Shown here piece by piece: positions 11,685-21,680 of a stretch of DNA of 64,000 nt. The notes beneath the pieces are model-generated. The model did no database searches. It was not told the DNA's origin and was given only the letters and a program-made list of their open reading frames with translations. The DNA lies in the NCBI GenBank assembly GCA_963693025.1, contig OY843749.1, positions 2,573,617 to 2,637,616 of the forward strand, written 5' to 3'. The position numbers and the translations under genes are program-made. The stretch is from Arenicellales bacterium (GTDB lineage Bacteria; Pseudomonadota; Gammaproteobacteria; Arenicellales; Poriferihabitantaceae). The number at the start of each line of letters is the position of its first letter. Within the stretch, counting starts at the first letter, position 1.

Positions 11685-14053
11685 CGTTCCGGCGACGCCG
11701 TCCCCCGCACCCGCTCCTTGCCCGGATCGTAATGCGGAAACGCCACCACTTCGCAGGCGATTCGTTTTTGGTGGCCGTCCAGTTTGCCGATTTCCAACTG
11801 CGTGCCGATTGCTCCGTGTTCGACGTTCACGCGGCAGAGTGCGATGTTTTTTCGCAGCGCCGGAGACACCACGCCGCTGGTGATTGTGCCGACTTGGTTG
11901 GCGCCGATGTAGACGCCGTCGCCGGTGGCGGCGGGTTGCTCGCCGGTCACATTCAGGCCGACCAGTTTTCGTTGCGGGCTGGCTTTGCGTTTGGTGAGCG
12001 CGTCGCGGCCAATGAAGTCGTCCTGCTTGCTCTTCAGCGGCACGGTGAAGCCGATGCCGGCTTCGAACGGGTCGGTTTGATCCGAAAACTCGTTGCCGGC
12101 GAATATCAGCCCGGCTTCGATTCTGAGCATGTCGAGCGCATCCAGTCCGAGCGGTTTTATGTCGAACGCCTGCCCGGCTTGCCAAATCGCATCCCACACT
12201 TGCGGCGCGTGTTTTGGGTGGCAGAACACTTCGTATCCGCGCTCGCCGGTGTAGCCGGTGCGCGAGACCACCACCGGGATGCCCTGCTCGCCGCCGATGC
12301 GCGCGATGGAAAAGCGGAACCATGCAAGTTCGTCAACGCTCGCCTGGTCGGGGCTCGTCCAGATGATTTCGCGCAACACATCGAGGCTGCGCGGACCTTG
12401 CACTTGCAGGTTGTGCAACTGCTCGGTGGAGTCCTTGACCCAGGCATCCAAGCCGCGCTCTTCGGCTTGCCGGCGCAGCCACAAAACCGAGTCGTCGCTA
12501 CCGCCGACCCAGCGCAAGTTATCCTTGCCGAGCCGGAACACCGTGCCGTCGTCAATCATGCCGCCGGAGGCGTGGCACATCGCGGTATACACGACCTGCC
12601 CGGCGCTCAGCCGCCGAATGTCGCGGGTCACGCAGGTCTGCATCAACACCTCGGCATCGGGACCGACCACCTCGGCTTTGCGCAGCGGCGACAGGTCGGT
12701 GACGATGACGCCTTCGCGGCAAGCCCAGTATTCGGCGACGTCGCCGAGGTTGGTGAAACTGTTGGCGAGCCAGTAACCGGCGTATTCGCTGAAGTTTCTG
12801 GTCAGGGCGGATGTGCGTGGGTGAAAACCGGTCTCGAGGGTCATTTGCGGCTCCGCGTCGGGGGTTTTTCGGAAGGCGACCGCGTGTTTGAACAGGTTGT
12901 CGCGCGGGTAAATTCGCAGGTGAATGTCGGTCGGATTCCAGCCGTTGGCGGCGTCGATGTCGGACGGGCAGGCCGAGGAAACGCACACCATGTCCTTGAG
13001 CGCGCGCAACAACACGTAGTCGCCGGGGCGCGACCACGGGTCATCGAAGGCGTATTGATAGGCGTGGTCGAAGAAGGTGTTGAAGAACAAGTTCATCGCC
13101 ATCCAGCCCCTGCGCGGCGCGACCGCATACGGCGACAACGCGAGGTTGAAATTGTCGGAGCAGTTGACATGCCCCGGATAGCCGGCGTCGTCATAATACT
13201 TGTCGGTGCAGGCGAGGCCAAAACTGTCGTGCCGACCGCAGGTGTCCTGCACCACTTCGATGACCGGCTCAAAATCGACATCGTAGAACTTCGCGTGCAA
13301 GCCCGGCTTGGGATACGCCGAGCCCACCAGCGCGCGCGTGGTGGTGGCATCCAAACAGCGCTCCACCCCCTGCGCCAGTTTGGCGCTGTCGAAACACTGG
13401 AAGTCCGAGCATTGGCGCCCCTGCACGTCGATGACCTGAATATATTCCCCGGCGGCGACTTCATACGCCAGCGCGGTGCGCCGCGCAACCGGAATCTCCG
13501 CGCGCGCATCGGCGAGCGGGTCGGGTAGCGGGTAGTCGCCCTCGCCGTCGTGGTTGGTCGCATTCCCCGACGCGCGCCGAACGAACACGAGCAAGTCGGT
13601 CGCCGGCAGGTCGGCGGGAGCCGGCGAGCGGTCAATCCGCATGTCCTCACCCGGCGCGCCAATCAGGCACAGCGCGTCGGCTTCGCACACAAACGCCGCC
13701 GCATTCCCGGCGCGCGTCTCGCCGCCGAGCAATTCCGCCGCCCCGGAAGCCGCAAGGTCGATGCCCTGCTCGCGCAACTTGCGCGCCAGCCACCGCGCAT
13801 CCGGCACATCGCGCGCAAGACACCGCGCCATCCGCGCGCCGGTGGTGTTCTCAGCCAACGCCAGCGCACCGGTAATCGCCTCGCCACGCCGGTCAAAACC
13901 CGCCACATGCGCAACCTGCAACCCTTCCGGGTCAACAATCTCAACCGCATCCCCACAAAACACCGGCACCGCCAACACCCCCAACCCCGGCACCCGCCAC
14001 CGCTCCACCCCCGGCACCCGCAACCGCCCAACACTATCAAGCGCACTGTTCAT
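11681..14053 (-). CDS. tdm: TMAO demethylase-like protein (DUF1989 N-domain fused to GcvT aminomethyltransferase domain)
   Basis: About 790 aa. The N-terminal half carries a DUF1989-like segment (EYIQVIDVQGRQCSDFQCFD). The C-terminal half is GcvT-like (VSRTGYTGERGYEVF, LRIEAGL). Start chosen at MNSALD (ATG 14053); the ORF extends to 14074. Confidence 0.82.
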   Translation of the reverse strand: MNSALDSVGRLRVPGVERWRVPGLGVLAVPVFCGDAVEIVDPEGLQVAHVAGFDRRGEAITGALALAENTTGARMARCLARDVPDARWLARKLREQGIDLAASGAAELLGGETRAGNAAAFVCEADALCLIGAPGEDMRIDRSPAPADLPATDLLVFVRRASGNATNHDGEGDYPLPDPLADARAEIPVARRTALAYEVAAGEYIQVIDVQGRQCSDFQCFDSAKLAQGVERCLDATTTRALVGSAYPKPGLHAKFYDVDFEPVIEVVQDTCGRHDSFGLACTDKYYDDAGYPGHVNCSDNFNLALSPYAVAPRRGWMAMNLFFNTFFDHAYQYAFDDPWSRPGDYVLLRALKDMVCVSSACPSDIDAANGWNPTDIHLRIYPRDNLFKHAVAFRKTPDAEPQMTLETGFHPRTSALTRNFSEYAGYWLANSFTNLGDVAEYWACREGVIVTDLSPLRKAEVVGPDAEVLMQTCVTRDIRRLSAGQVVYTAMCHASGGMIDDGTVFRLGKDNLRWVGGSDDSVLWLRRQAEERGLDAWVKDSTEQLHNLQVQGPRSLDVLREIIWTSPDQASVDELAWFRFSIARIGGEQGIPVVVSRTGYTGERGYEVFCHPKHAPQVWDAIWQAGQAFDIKPLGLDALDMLRIEAGLIFAGNEFSDQTDPFEAGIGFTVPLKSKQDDFIGRDALTKRKASPQRKLVGLNVTGEQPAATGDGVYIGANQVGTITSGVVSPALRKNIALCRVNVEHGAIGTQLEIGKLDGHQKRIACEVVAFPHYDPGKERVRGTASPER

Positions 14054-14120
14054 CGTGGCAACTATACACCACAATTTCCCGGCGCATCGCTTGCCTTGGG
14101 GATTACGCGAAACTTCCTTG

Positions 14121-14160
14121 CCTCGTCATTCAAGCCCCTTACTTCGTCATTCCCTACTAT
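14121..14160 (+). repeat. Stutter of MITE outer terminus (TCGTCATTC x2 before the real left end)
   Basis: cctcgtcattcaagcccctt acttcgtcattccctactat precedes cgtcattctcgagcg at 14161. Confidence 0.7.
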
Positions 14161-14361
14161 CGTCATTCTCGAGCGTTAGTGTCCGTTTGTCGCCGCGCTT
14201 TTTCTTTTAAGCGGCGGCTTACGGACACTTGCGTCCTCGGGAATCTCCCTAAGATTGGCACGGGCTTTGTTGAAATTCACGGTAGCCTTAGGGAGATTCC
14301 CGAAGGTGATGAAAAATATAGTCGCTGCCGCTCCTTATTTTTCTATCATTCGAGAATGACG
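14161..14361 (+). mobile_element. MITE-like TIR element, short form (201 bp)
   Basis: Left end CGTCATTCTCGAGCG at 14161 and right-end variant CATTCGAGAATGACG at 14347-14361. Both hairpins are present. Confidence 0.85.
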
Positions 14362-14606
14362 AAGTGGTGGGGAATGACGAGTGTGGTTGAATGGTGGGTG
14401 TGGGTTGAAACTCGGGTTGCTTGCGCTGTTTTTGGGCGTAATCGCTTGATTACACTAACTTTTCCAATCCCACACAAAACAAATCCCCCCTCACCCAGCC
14501 CGGAATTGAGTTGCGGAGAGGGCGGGGCGGTTGTAGTATTGGGGGTGATACCAACGAGGTCCGGCTGTTTTCGGGGGCGGCTCGGACGAGAACGGAGGAG
14601 AACGCG

Positions 14607-15227
14607 ATGAAAACCATCCTGATTGTGAATCCCAAAGGTGGGTGCGGGAAATCGACGCTGGCTACCAATTTGGCCAGTTATTATGCGTTGTGGGAGGTGC
14701 CGGTGGCGCTTGCGGATTATGACCCGCAGCAGTCCAGTCTGGACTGGCTGGCGCAGCGCAGCGAGGACTTGAATCCGATACAGGGCATTGACGCCAGCCA
14801 AGGCTCGCATTCCCGCACCAGCGTGTCCGGCAACACCCAACGGCTGATTATGGACGCCCCGGCGCGGGTTGCGAAGCCGCAGTTGAAGCGGTTGTTTGAG
14901 TTCGCCGACCGCGTGGTGGTGCCGGTCTTGCCATCGCCGCTCGACATTCGCGCCGCGGGGCATTTCATCGGCGAGTTGATGCTCGACGGCTTGCTCAAAG
15001 AGTCGTCGGTCGCGCTGGTCGCCAACCGCGTGCGGGAGAACACCCTGATTTATCACAACCTCATTTGGTTTCTCGACAAGGTCAAGATTCCGCTGGTGGC
15101 GCAGTTGCGCGACACCCAGAACTACATTCGCGCCGCCGAGCAGGGGCACGGCATTTTTGAGATGTCGCCTTATCAGACGGGGCGGGATGTGGAGCAGTGG
15201 CGGGCGTTGATTAAGTGGATTGAGTGA
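14607..15227 (+). CDS. Orphan ParA/MinD-family ATPase (small, 206 aa)
   Basis: MKTILIVNPKGGCGKSTLATNLA carries a deviant Walker A; DYDPQQS and LIMDAPA are also present. No parB-like partner is adjacent. Confidence 0.8.
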   Translation: MKTILIVNPKGGCGKSTLATNLASYYALWEVPVALADYDPQQSSLDWLAQRSEDLNPIQGIDASQGSHSRTSVSGNTQRLIMDAPARVAKPQLKRLFEFADRVVVPVLPSPLDIRAAGHFIGELMLDGLLKESSVALVANRVRENTLIYHNLIWFLDKVKIPLVAQLRDTQNYIRAAEQGHGIFEMSPYQTGRDVEQWRALIKWIE

Positions 15228-15299
15228 TTGCGGTTTTGGAATCGATAGCGGCGGCGCATCGGCAATCGCGGCGCACGCCGGCAACCGCACCGGCAACGC

Positions 15300-16511
15300 T
15301 CACCCCGGCAAAACCTGCTGCAAAATATCATCCAAAAAACGGTAACCTTTTTCGCTACACTTAACCCGCTCCCCGCCGCCCTCAATCACCACCAACCGAC
15401 GGTTGAGCGCATCGCTCAGTAGCGCGACCACCTCGCCGGCATCGCATCCGGTTCGAGCGCTCAGCAGGGCGGTGTCGAAGCCGTCGGTCAGCCGCAACGC
15501 GTTCATCAAAAACTCAAACAACACATCGCGCCGCGCAATCGTGCTGGTCTCGCCGAGCGCTTGCTCGCCGCCGGCGGATGCCAGATAGCGTCGCGGGTGT
15601 TTCTGCTTCCAGTAGCGCACGATGTCACCGCCGCGCGTGATTTTTCCGTGCGCGCCGGCGCCGATGCCGAGATAGTCGCCGAACTCCCAGTAGTTCAGGT
15701 TGTGCCGGCAGCGCATGCCGGTCCGGGCGTATGCCGAGACCTCGTAGCGATGATAGCCGTGCCGTGCCGCGCGCTCGTGCAGGCGGCGCTGCATGTCGGC
15801 GATGCGCTCGTCGTTCGGCAGCCGCGGCGGGTGGCGGTGGAATAGGGTGTTCGGCTCAATCGTGAGTTGATACAGCGACAGGTGGCTCGGCGAAAACTCC
15901 AGCGCGCTCGCCAGGTCGCGCATCGCCGCCGCCGGGGTTTGCTGCGGCAAGCCATACATCAAGTCCAGATTGAGGTTGGCGAAGCCCGCATCACACGCCG
16001 CGCGGATGGCGCGCTTCGCCTCCGCGGCGTCGTGAATGCGCCCCAGTTTCTCGAGGTGCGCGTCGTTGAAACTCTGCACGCCGAGCGACAGGCGGTTGAC
16101 GCCGGCGGCGCGGTAGGCGGCGAAGTCATCGTGCTCGACGCCGCCGGGATTCGCTTCCAGCGTGATTTCAATCGCATCCTCAAAACGCAGGCGCGCGCGG
16201 ACTTCCCGCAACAGGCGGTCGATGGAATCCGCGCCGAACAGGCTCGGAGTGCCGCCGCCGATGAAGATGGACGACACCCCGCGCGCCTCGACTCCGTCCG
16301 CGCCCCCGCCATAGACGGCGAGGTCGTGGTCAAGGTCGCGGATGAGCGCGTCGATGTAGCCTTGCTGGTCGAGGTCGCCGCGCTGCGGATGCGAGTTGAA
16401 GTCGCAATACGGGCATTTTTTCACGCACCAGGGGATGTGTACATAGAGCGCAAGCGGTGGCGGCGCCGGGTTGGGGCGGTTTTGGGTGGTGTGTGTGGTG
16501 GTGTTTGGCAT
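15300..16511 (-). CDS. hemW: Radical SAM heme chaperone HemW / oxygen-independent coproporphyrinogen oxidase-like
   Basis: 403 aa. Radical-SAM motif YVHIPWCVKKCPYCDF (CxxxCxxC) with a HemN-like C-terminal domain. Confidence 0.88.
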   Translation of the reverse strand: MPNTTTHTTQNRPNPAPPPLALYVHIPWCVKKCPYCDFNSHPQRGDLDQQGYIDALIRDLDHDLAVYGGGADGVEARGVSSIFIGGGTPSLFGADSIDRLLREVRARLRFEDAIEITLEANPGGVEHDDFAAYRAAGVNRLSLGVQSFNDAHLEKLGRIHDAAEAKRAIRAACDAGFANLNLDLMYGLPQQTPAAAMRDLASALEFSPSHLSLYQLTIEPNTLFHRHPPRLPNDERIADMQRRLHERAARHGYHRYEVSAYARTGMRCRHNLNYWEFGDYLGIGAGAHGKITRGGDIVRYWKQKHPRRYLASAGGEQALGETSTIARRDVLFEFLMNALRLTDGFDTALLSARTGCDAGEVVALLSDALNRRLVVIEGGGERVKCSEKGYRFLDDILQQVLPG

Positions 16512-16556
16512 TAGAGATTAGCCCTCATCGGTGTCCAACAAAACCTCGAATTTCCC

Positions 16557-16586
16557 TTGACAATCGGATATTTACGCCCCTATAGT
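16557..16586 (+). promoter_or_regulatory. Putative sigma70 promoter of the dcw cluster (Pmra)
   Basis: TTGACA at 16557-16562 and TATAGT at 16581-16586, 18-bp spacer, about 75 nt upstream of mraZ. Confidence 0.5.
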
Positions 16587-16593
16587 GTCGAAA

Positions 16594-16621
16594 TGTGGGT
16601 AATTGTGGGTGATTTGTGGGT
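16594..16621 (+). promoter_or_regulatory. Three direct TGTGGGT repeats, MraZ-box-like operator
   Basis: TGTGGGT at 16594, 16604 and 16615 (10-11 bp period), just downstream of the putative -10. This matches the known arrangement of TGGGN repeats bound by MraZ in E. coli. Confidence 0.6.
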
Positions 16622-16662
16622 ATATTTCACCCAAAAACCGGCGCAACCAACCAATACCGACC

Positions 16663-17121
16663 ATGCTACGAGGCGCAAGCGTCATCAATCTGGACACCAA
16701 GGGGCGGCTGGCAATTCCCGGCCGCTATCGTGATGCGCTGACCGACCGTTGCGATGGGCGGCTGGTTGTCACGGTCAATAATACCAAAGAGCGCTGCCTG
16801 TGGATGTATCCGATGGACGAGTGGGAGCAGGTCGAGCGCAAGGTCGCCGCCTTGCCCGATTTCAACACCGACCACCAGCGCATCAAACGCTTTTTGATCG
16901 GCTATGCCAGCGACACGGAGATGGACAAGAACGGGCGCGTGTTGCTGCCCGCCCCGCTCCGCGAGTTCGCCAAGATTAGCAAGGCGGTTTACCTGCTGGG
17001 TCAGAGCAACAAGTTTGAGTTGTGGAGCGAAGAGCAGTGGATTGCCAAGCGCAACCAGTGGCTGGAAGAAGAGGTGGACATGGAAAGGGTGTCGGTGGAA
17101 ATGGAGCAACTGTCGCTGTGA
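16663..17121 (+). CDS. mraZ: Transcriptional regulator MraZ
   Basis: MLRGASVINLDTKGRLAIPGRYRD..., with duplicated SpoVT-AbrB-like halves. First gene of the dcw cluster. Confidence 0.95.
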   Translation: MLRGASVINLDTKGRLAIPGRYRDALTDRCDGRLVVTVNNTKERCLWMYPMDEWEQVERKVAALPDFNTDHQRIKRFLIGYASDTEMDKNGRVLLPAPLREFAKISKAVYLLGQSNKFELWSEEQWIAKRNQWLEEEVDMERVSVEMEQLSL

Positions 17122-17135
17122 GCGAGCCGCCGCCG

Positions 17136-18101
17136 ATGACTTGCCAAACACACACGCCGGTGCTGAAGGATGCCGCGATTGATGCGTTGAAAGTGCATGC
17201 CGGCGATTGCGTGGTCGATGCCACCTATGGGCGCGGCGGTCACGCGAGGGCGATTCTGGCGCGGCTCGGCGGTGGCGGGCGGTTGCTGGTGATTGACCGC
17301 GACGCCGATGCGGTGGAGCACGCGCGGTTGGACCTCGGCGCCGATGCGCGCGTTGAAATCGTGCACGCGCCGTTTTCGCGCCTCGGGCAAATCCTCGCGG
17401 AGCGCGACCTCGGCGGGCGGGTTGCCGGTATGTTGTTTGACTTCGGCGTGTCGTCGCCGCAGTTGGATTCGCCGGAGCGCGGTTTCAGTTTCAGCGCCGA
17501 CGGACCGTTGGACATGCGAATGGACCGCTCGAGCGGTCGCTCCGCCGCGCAGTGGCTGGCGCGCGTTGAAGAGCGGGAACTCGCAACCGTGTTGCGCGAG
17601 TTCGGCGAAGAGCGCTTTGCGCGCCTCATCGCCCGCGCGATTAAACGCGCGCTCGCAAAGCAGCCGATTGCCGGCACCGCCGAGTTGGCGGAATGCGTGG
17701 CGAGCGCCGCGCCGAGGCGCGAGCCGGGAAAGCATCCGGCGACGCGAACCTTCCAAGCCATTCGCATCGCGGTCAACGACGAACTCGGCGAAGTGCGTCG
17801 CGTCTTGCCGCAGGCGCTCGCGGGTCTCGCGCCGCGCGGTCGCCTCGTGGTCATCAGTTTTCATTCGTTGGAAGACCGGTTGGTCAAGCGCTTCTTCCGC
17901 GAGCAAGCGAAGGGCGACCCTTATCCGCCGGAGTTGCCGATTACCGAAGATATGAAAAAGCCCGCGCTCAAACTGGTCGGCAAGCCGTTGCGCGCGAGCG
18001 CGCGGGAAGTCGCCGCCAACCGGCGCGCGCGCAGCGCGGTGTTGCGCGTCGCCGAAAAAATCGCCGCGCCCGATGCGCCCGCCGCGTATGGGAAGGGGTG
18101 A
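17136..18101 (+). CDS. rsmH: 16S rRNA (cytosine1402-N4)-methyltransferase
   Basis: HTPVLKDAAIDAL...DATYGRGGH...FDFGVSSPQLD. An alternative GTG start lies at 17118. Confidence 0.93.
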   Translation: MTCQTHTPVLKDAAIDALKVHAGDCVVDATYGRGGHARAILARLGGGGRLLVIDRDADAVEHARLDLGADARVEIVHAPFSRLGQILAERDLGGRVAGMLFDFGVSSPQLDSPERGFSFSADGPLDMRMDRSSGRSAAQWLARVEERELATVLREFGEERFARLIARAIKRALAKQPIAGTAELAECVASAAPRREPGKHPATRTFQAIRIAVNDELGEVRRVLPQALAGLAPRGRLVVISFHSLEDRLVKRFFREQAKGDPYPPELPITEDMKKPALKLVGKPLRASAREVAANRRARSAVLRVAEKIAAPDAPAAYGKG

Positions 18102-18104
18102 GCG

Positions 18105-18389
18105 GTGAGTCGCGCCAACAAATGGCTGGTCGTCTTCTGGGTGGTCACGCTGCTGAGCGCGATGGCGGTGGTGACCGTGCGCCACCAGAACCGCCTGGCG
18201 TTCATCGCGTGGCGCGCGGTGGAAGCCGAGAAGGTTGAATTGCAGTCCGAGCGCGGGCGGTTGATGCTGGAAAAAGCGACTTGGGCGCGGCGCGGCAGCA
18301 TCATGGATGACGCGCGCGAGCGCCTGCAAATGGCGCCGCCTGAGCCGGACAAAATCATCACCCTCAGTCTGGAAAGCGAACCGGGATAA
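18105..18389 (+). CDS. ftsL: Cell division protein FtsL
   Basis: 94 aa with a GTG start, a single TM (WLVVFWVVTLLSAMAVV) and a coiled coil. Position between rsmH and ftsI. Confidence 0.85.
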   Translation: MSRANKWLVVFWVVTLLSAMAVVTVRHQNRLAFIAWRAVEAEKVELQSERGRLMLEKATWARRGSIMDDARERLQMAPPEPDKIITLSLESEPG

Positions 18390-18393
18390 CCCG

Positions 18394-20145
18394 ATGTCGA
18401 AGCGCAAAAAAACCGGCAAGTCGTCGCTCAGCCGCCCATCGGCGTGGCGCCAGCATCTGATTCTCGCCGCGATGCTGTCGGCGTTCGCGGTGCTCGGCTG
18501 GCGCGTCATCCACCTGCAAACCGTGGAGCATGAGCGCCTGCGGACGCAGGGCGACGCGCGTTACTTGCGCAGCCTGACGGTGACGCCGGAGCGCGGGCGC
18601 ATCCTCGACCGCAACGGTCAGGCGCTGGCGGTCAGCACGCCGGTCGACTCGCTGTGGGCGACGCCGGCGCGCTTTTGCGCGGCGACCGCGCAAGCGCAGT
18701 GGAAGCCGCTGCTGGCGCTGGTCAAACTGAGCGCGGCGCAACTTCGGGCGACCTGCGAAAAGCAGAAAGACTCCGACTTCATGTATCTCAAACGCCGCCT
18801 GCCGCCGATATTGGCGCAGCGCGCGTTGCAACTCGCCATTCCCGGCGTGGAGGTTCAGCGCGAATATAAGCGCTACTATCCGGGCGGTCCCGCGGGCGCG
18901 CATCTGGTCGGTTTCACCAATGTGGACGACCGCGGTCAGGAGGGGTTGGAGAGCGCCTTTGAGCCGCAACTCGGCGGCGCGCCGGGGCGCATTCTGGCGC
19001 TCAAAGACCGCGTCGGCAATTACGTGGAGAGCGTTGAAAGCATTCAGCGCGTGCGCCATGGCCGCGACCTCGTCATCAGCATCGACCAGCGCATTCAGTC
19101 GCTGGCGAGCGACTACCTTGAGGCGGCGGTGCGCCGGCACGAGGCGTCCGGCGGCAGCGTGGTGGCGCTCGCCGTCCCCAGCGGGGAAATTCTGGCGATG
19201 GTCAACTCGCCGCAGTTCAACCCCAACGACCGCAGCACCATCGTCGGCGGCAAATTCCGCAACCGCAGCGTGACCGATGTGCTGGAACCCGGCTCGACCG
19301 CCAAGCCCTTCGCCGTGGCGATGGCGTTGCAGAGCGGCGAGGTGGACGCCGACACCCTTGTCGATACCGCACCGGGTCGCTACCGGGTCGGCGGACACAC
19401 CATTGAAGATGTCCACGACTACGGCGCGCTCTCGGTGTTCGATGTGATTGCGCGCTCGAGCAATGTCGGCGTCGCCAAAATCGCGCTGGCGTTTCCGTAT
19501 GACGACTTGTTTGCGACGCTGGCGCGCGTCGGTTTCGGCAAGCGCGCCGCCGACCTGCCCGGTGAGGTTTCCGGCACGCTGAAAAGGCGCACGCGCCCGA
19601 TTGAGCACGCCACGCTGTCCTACGGCTACGGCTTTTCGGTCACGCCGCTTCAACTGGCGCGCGCGTACACCGTCTTCGCCACCGACGGACAACTGCTGCC
19701 GGTGACATTGCAACGCAAGCCGCCGGGTTATCGCGCCGCCGGGACGCGCGTGTTCAGCGCGGCGACCGCCGCCGCCATCCGCCCGATGTTGGAGAAGGCC
19801 GCCAGCGCCGACGGCACCGCGCGCAAGGCGCAGATTCCGCGCTACCGGGTCGGCGGCAAGACCGGCACGATTCACAAACTGCTGGACAACAGTTACCAAA
19901 ACGAGCGCTATCTGTCGGTGTTCGCCGGCATCGCGCCGCTCAGCGACCCGCGCTTCGTCATGGTGGTGACGGTGGACGACCCGCGCGGCAAATTCTACTA
20001 TGGCGGCGATGTCGCCGCGCCGGTGTTCGCCGATTTGATGCGCGACTTGATGCGGCTGTATAACATCGCGCCCGACGCGTTGCCGCCGACCAATGCCACC
20101 CCGACCGCAACCGCAACCACGCCGTCGGCGGGGGAGGGCGCATGA
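18394..20145 (+). CDS. ftsI: Peptidoglycan D,D-transpeptidase FtsI (PBP3)
   Basis: SxxK (STAKPF), SxN (SSN) and KTG (GKTGT) motifs. Start chosen at ATG 18394. Confidence 0.93.
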   Translation: MSKRKKTGKSSLSRPSAWRQHLILAAMLSAFAVLGWRVIHLQTVEHERLRTQGDARYLRSLTVTPERGRILDRNGQALAVSTPVDSLWATPARFCAATAQAQWKPLLALVKLSAAQLRATCEKQKDSDFMYLKRRLPPILAQRALQLAIPGVEVQREYKRYYPGGPAGAHLVGFTNVDDRGQEGLESAFEPQLGGAPGRILALKDRVGNYVESVESIQRVRHGRDLVISIDQRIQSLASDYLEAAVRRHEASGGSVVALAVPSGEILAMVNSPQFNPNDRSTIVGGKFRNRSVTDVLEPGSTAKPFAVAMALQSGEVDADTLVDTAPGRYRVGGHTIEDVHDYGALSVFDVIARSSNVGVAKIALAFPYDDLFATLARVGFGKRAADLPGEVSGTLKRRTRPIEHATLSYGYGFSVTPLQLARAYTVFATDGQLLPVTLQRKPPGYRAAGTRVFSAATAAAIRPMLEKAASADGTARKAQIPRYRVGGKTGTIHKLLDNSYQNERYLSVFAGIAPLSDPRFVMVVTVDDPRGKFYYGGDVAAPVFADLMRDLMRLYNIAPDALPPTNATPTATATTPSAGEGA

Positions 20146-21677
20146 GCGCGCAGGCGGGCGGCGGCGCGCAGACGACTGACGCCAAGTCGTTGCACACCTT
20201 GCTGGACGGCTTGACCACGGTGTCGCCGCAGTGCGACCGCGCCATCGGCGGTCTCAGTCTGGACAGCCGCCGAGTCAGCGCCAACGACTTGTTCATCGCC
20301 GTGCCGGGCAGCGTGTGCGACGGACGCGACCACATCGAGCAGGCGGTGCAAAACGGCGCGGCGGCGGTCGCCCGCGAGGCGGTGGATGACGCGCAAGCCG
20401 AGCGCGGCGCGCGCGGTGCGTTCGAATTTTGTTACGGCGTGCCGAGTTTTGACATTGCCGACTTGCGCCGGCACATCGGCGACATCGCGGCGCGCTTCTT
20501 CAATCACCCGTCCGCGCACATGCGGCTCATCGGCATCACCGGCACCAACGGCAAAACCACCTGCGCCTATCTCATCGCGCAGGCGCTCAGCGCCCTCGGG
20601 CAACGCTGCGCGCTGATGTCCACCATCGGTACCGGCTTTGTCGGCGCATTGCAACCGTCGCCCCTGACCACCGCCGACGCCATCGGCACCCAGCGCACCC
20701 TCGCTTCGCTGCTGAAGCGCAAGGCGGCGGCGGTGTGCGTGGAAGTGTCGTCCCACGGATTGGAACAAGGGCGCGTCAATCAAGTCGCGTTTGATGTCGC
20801 GCTGCTCACCAACCTCAGCCGCGACCACCTGGATTATCACGGCACGATGGCGCATTATGAGCGCGCCAAGCGCCGGCTGTTTGAGTTTGACGACCTCGGC
20901 TGCGCGGTCATCAACGTGGATGACGCGTTTGGTCGCCGGCTCTTGCGCCAACACGGCGCCACGCGGTGCATCGGTTACGGCATCAACAGTATCAGCGACG
21001 GCGACCTGCGCGCACAAAAAGTTCAACTCAACGAAAACGGCATCGCCTTTGAGGCGCATTACCGGGGGCAAGCCGCGCCGGTTCGCTCCTCGCTAATCGG
21101 TGCGGTCAACGTGCCCAACCTGCTCGCCGCCATCGCCGCCATGCTGTGTTGCGGCTACGACCTCAAGGAAATCGCCGCCACTGCCGGGCAATGGCGGGCG
21201 CCGCCGGGGCGGATGGAATTGCTGCGCGCGCGCCAATCGCAACCCGCGGTGGTGGTGGATTACGCGCACACGCCCGATGCGCTTGAGCGCGCGCTGGCGT
21301 CGCTGGCGGCGCTCTGCCGCGGCAGGTTGTGGGTGGTGTTCGGCTGCGGCGGCGACCGCGACCGAGGCAAACGCGCGGCGATGGGGCGGCTCGCCGAAAC
21401 GCTCGCCGACCGCGTCATCGTCACCGACGACAACCCGCGAAGCGAAGACCCGCGGCAAATCACCGCGCAAATCGTGCGCGGAATGAAGTCGCCGGACGCC
21501 ACCGTCATTCACGACCGCCGGCGGGCGATTGAGACCGCCATCGCCGGCGCCGTTGCCGGAGAGGGCGACATGGTGCTGGTCGCCGGCAAGGGTCACGAGA
21601 CCACGCAAACAATCGGCGACCGGGTCAGCAACCTGGACGACCGCGCCATCGTCACCGCGGCGTTGGAGGGGAGGTAG
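20142..21677 (+). CDS. murE: UDP-N-acetylmuramoyl-L-alanyl-D-glutamate--2,6-diaminopimelate ligase
   Basis: Mur ligase with P-loop ITGTNGKTT. ATGA overlap with ftsI; dcw order. Confidence 0.92.
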   Translation: MSAQAGGGAQTTDAKSLHTLLDGLTTVSPQCDRAIGGLSLDSRRVSANDLFIAVPGSVCDGRDHIEQAVQNGAAAVAREAVDDAQAERGARGAFEFCYGVPSFDIADLRRHIGDIAARFFNHPSAHMRLIGITGTNGKTTCAYLIAQALSALGQRCALMSTIGTGFVGALQPSPLTTADAIGTQRTLASLLKRKAAAVCVEVSSHGLEQGRVNQVAFDVALLTNLSRDHLDYHGTMAHYERAKRRLFEFDDLGCAVINVDDAFGRRLLRQHGATRCIGYGINSISDGDLRAQKVQLNENGIAFEAHYRGQAAPVRSSLIGAVNVPNLLAAIAAMLCCGYDLKEIAATAGQWRAPPGRMELLRARQSQPAVVVDYAHTPDALERALASLAALCRGRLWVVFGCGGDRDRGKRAAMGRLAETLADRVIVTDDNPRSEDPRQITAQIVRGMKSPDATVIHDRRRAIETAIAGAVAGEGDMVLVAGKGHETTQTIGDRVSNLDDRAIVTAALEGR

Positions 21678-21680
21678 GTG

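Noticed and set aside
10941-12323. A 460-aa version of the Fic-like ORF with a 213-aa Arg-rich N-terminal extension.
   Set aside because: The extension lies out of frame on the same strand within the 3-prime part of tdm and has junk-like composition. A clean ATG at 11684 overlaps the tdm stop (ATGA).
14607-15227. Whether the parA-like genes indicate that this window is a plasmid or contains a chromosomal partition locus.
   Set aside because: The window carries the dcw cluster, secA, tmRNA and infA, so it is chromosomal. Neither parA-like gene has a recognisable parB or parS. Orphan small ParA/MinD-like ATPases are common.
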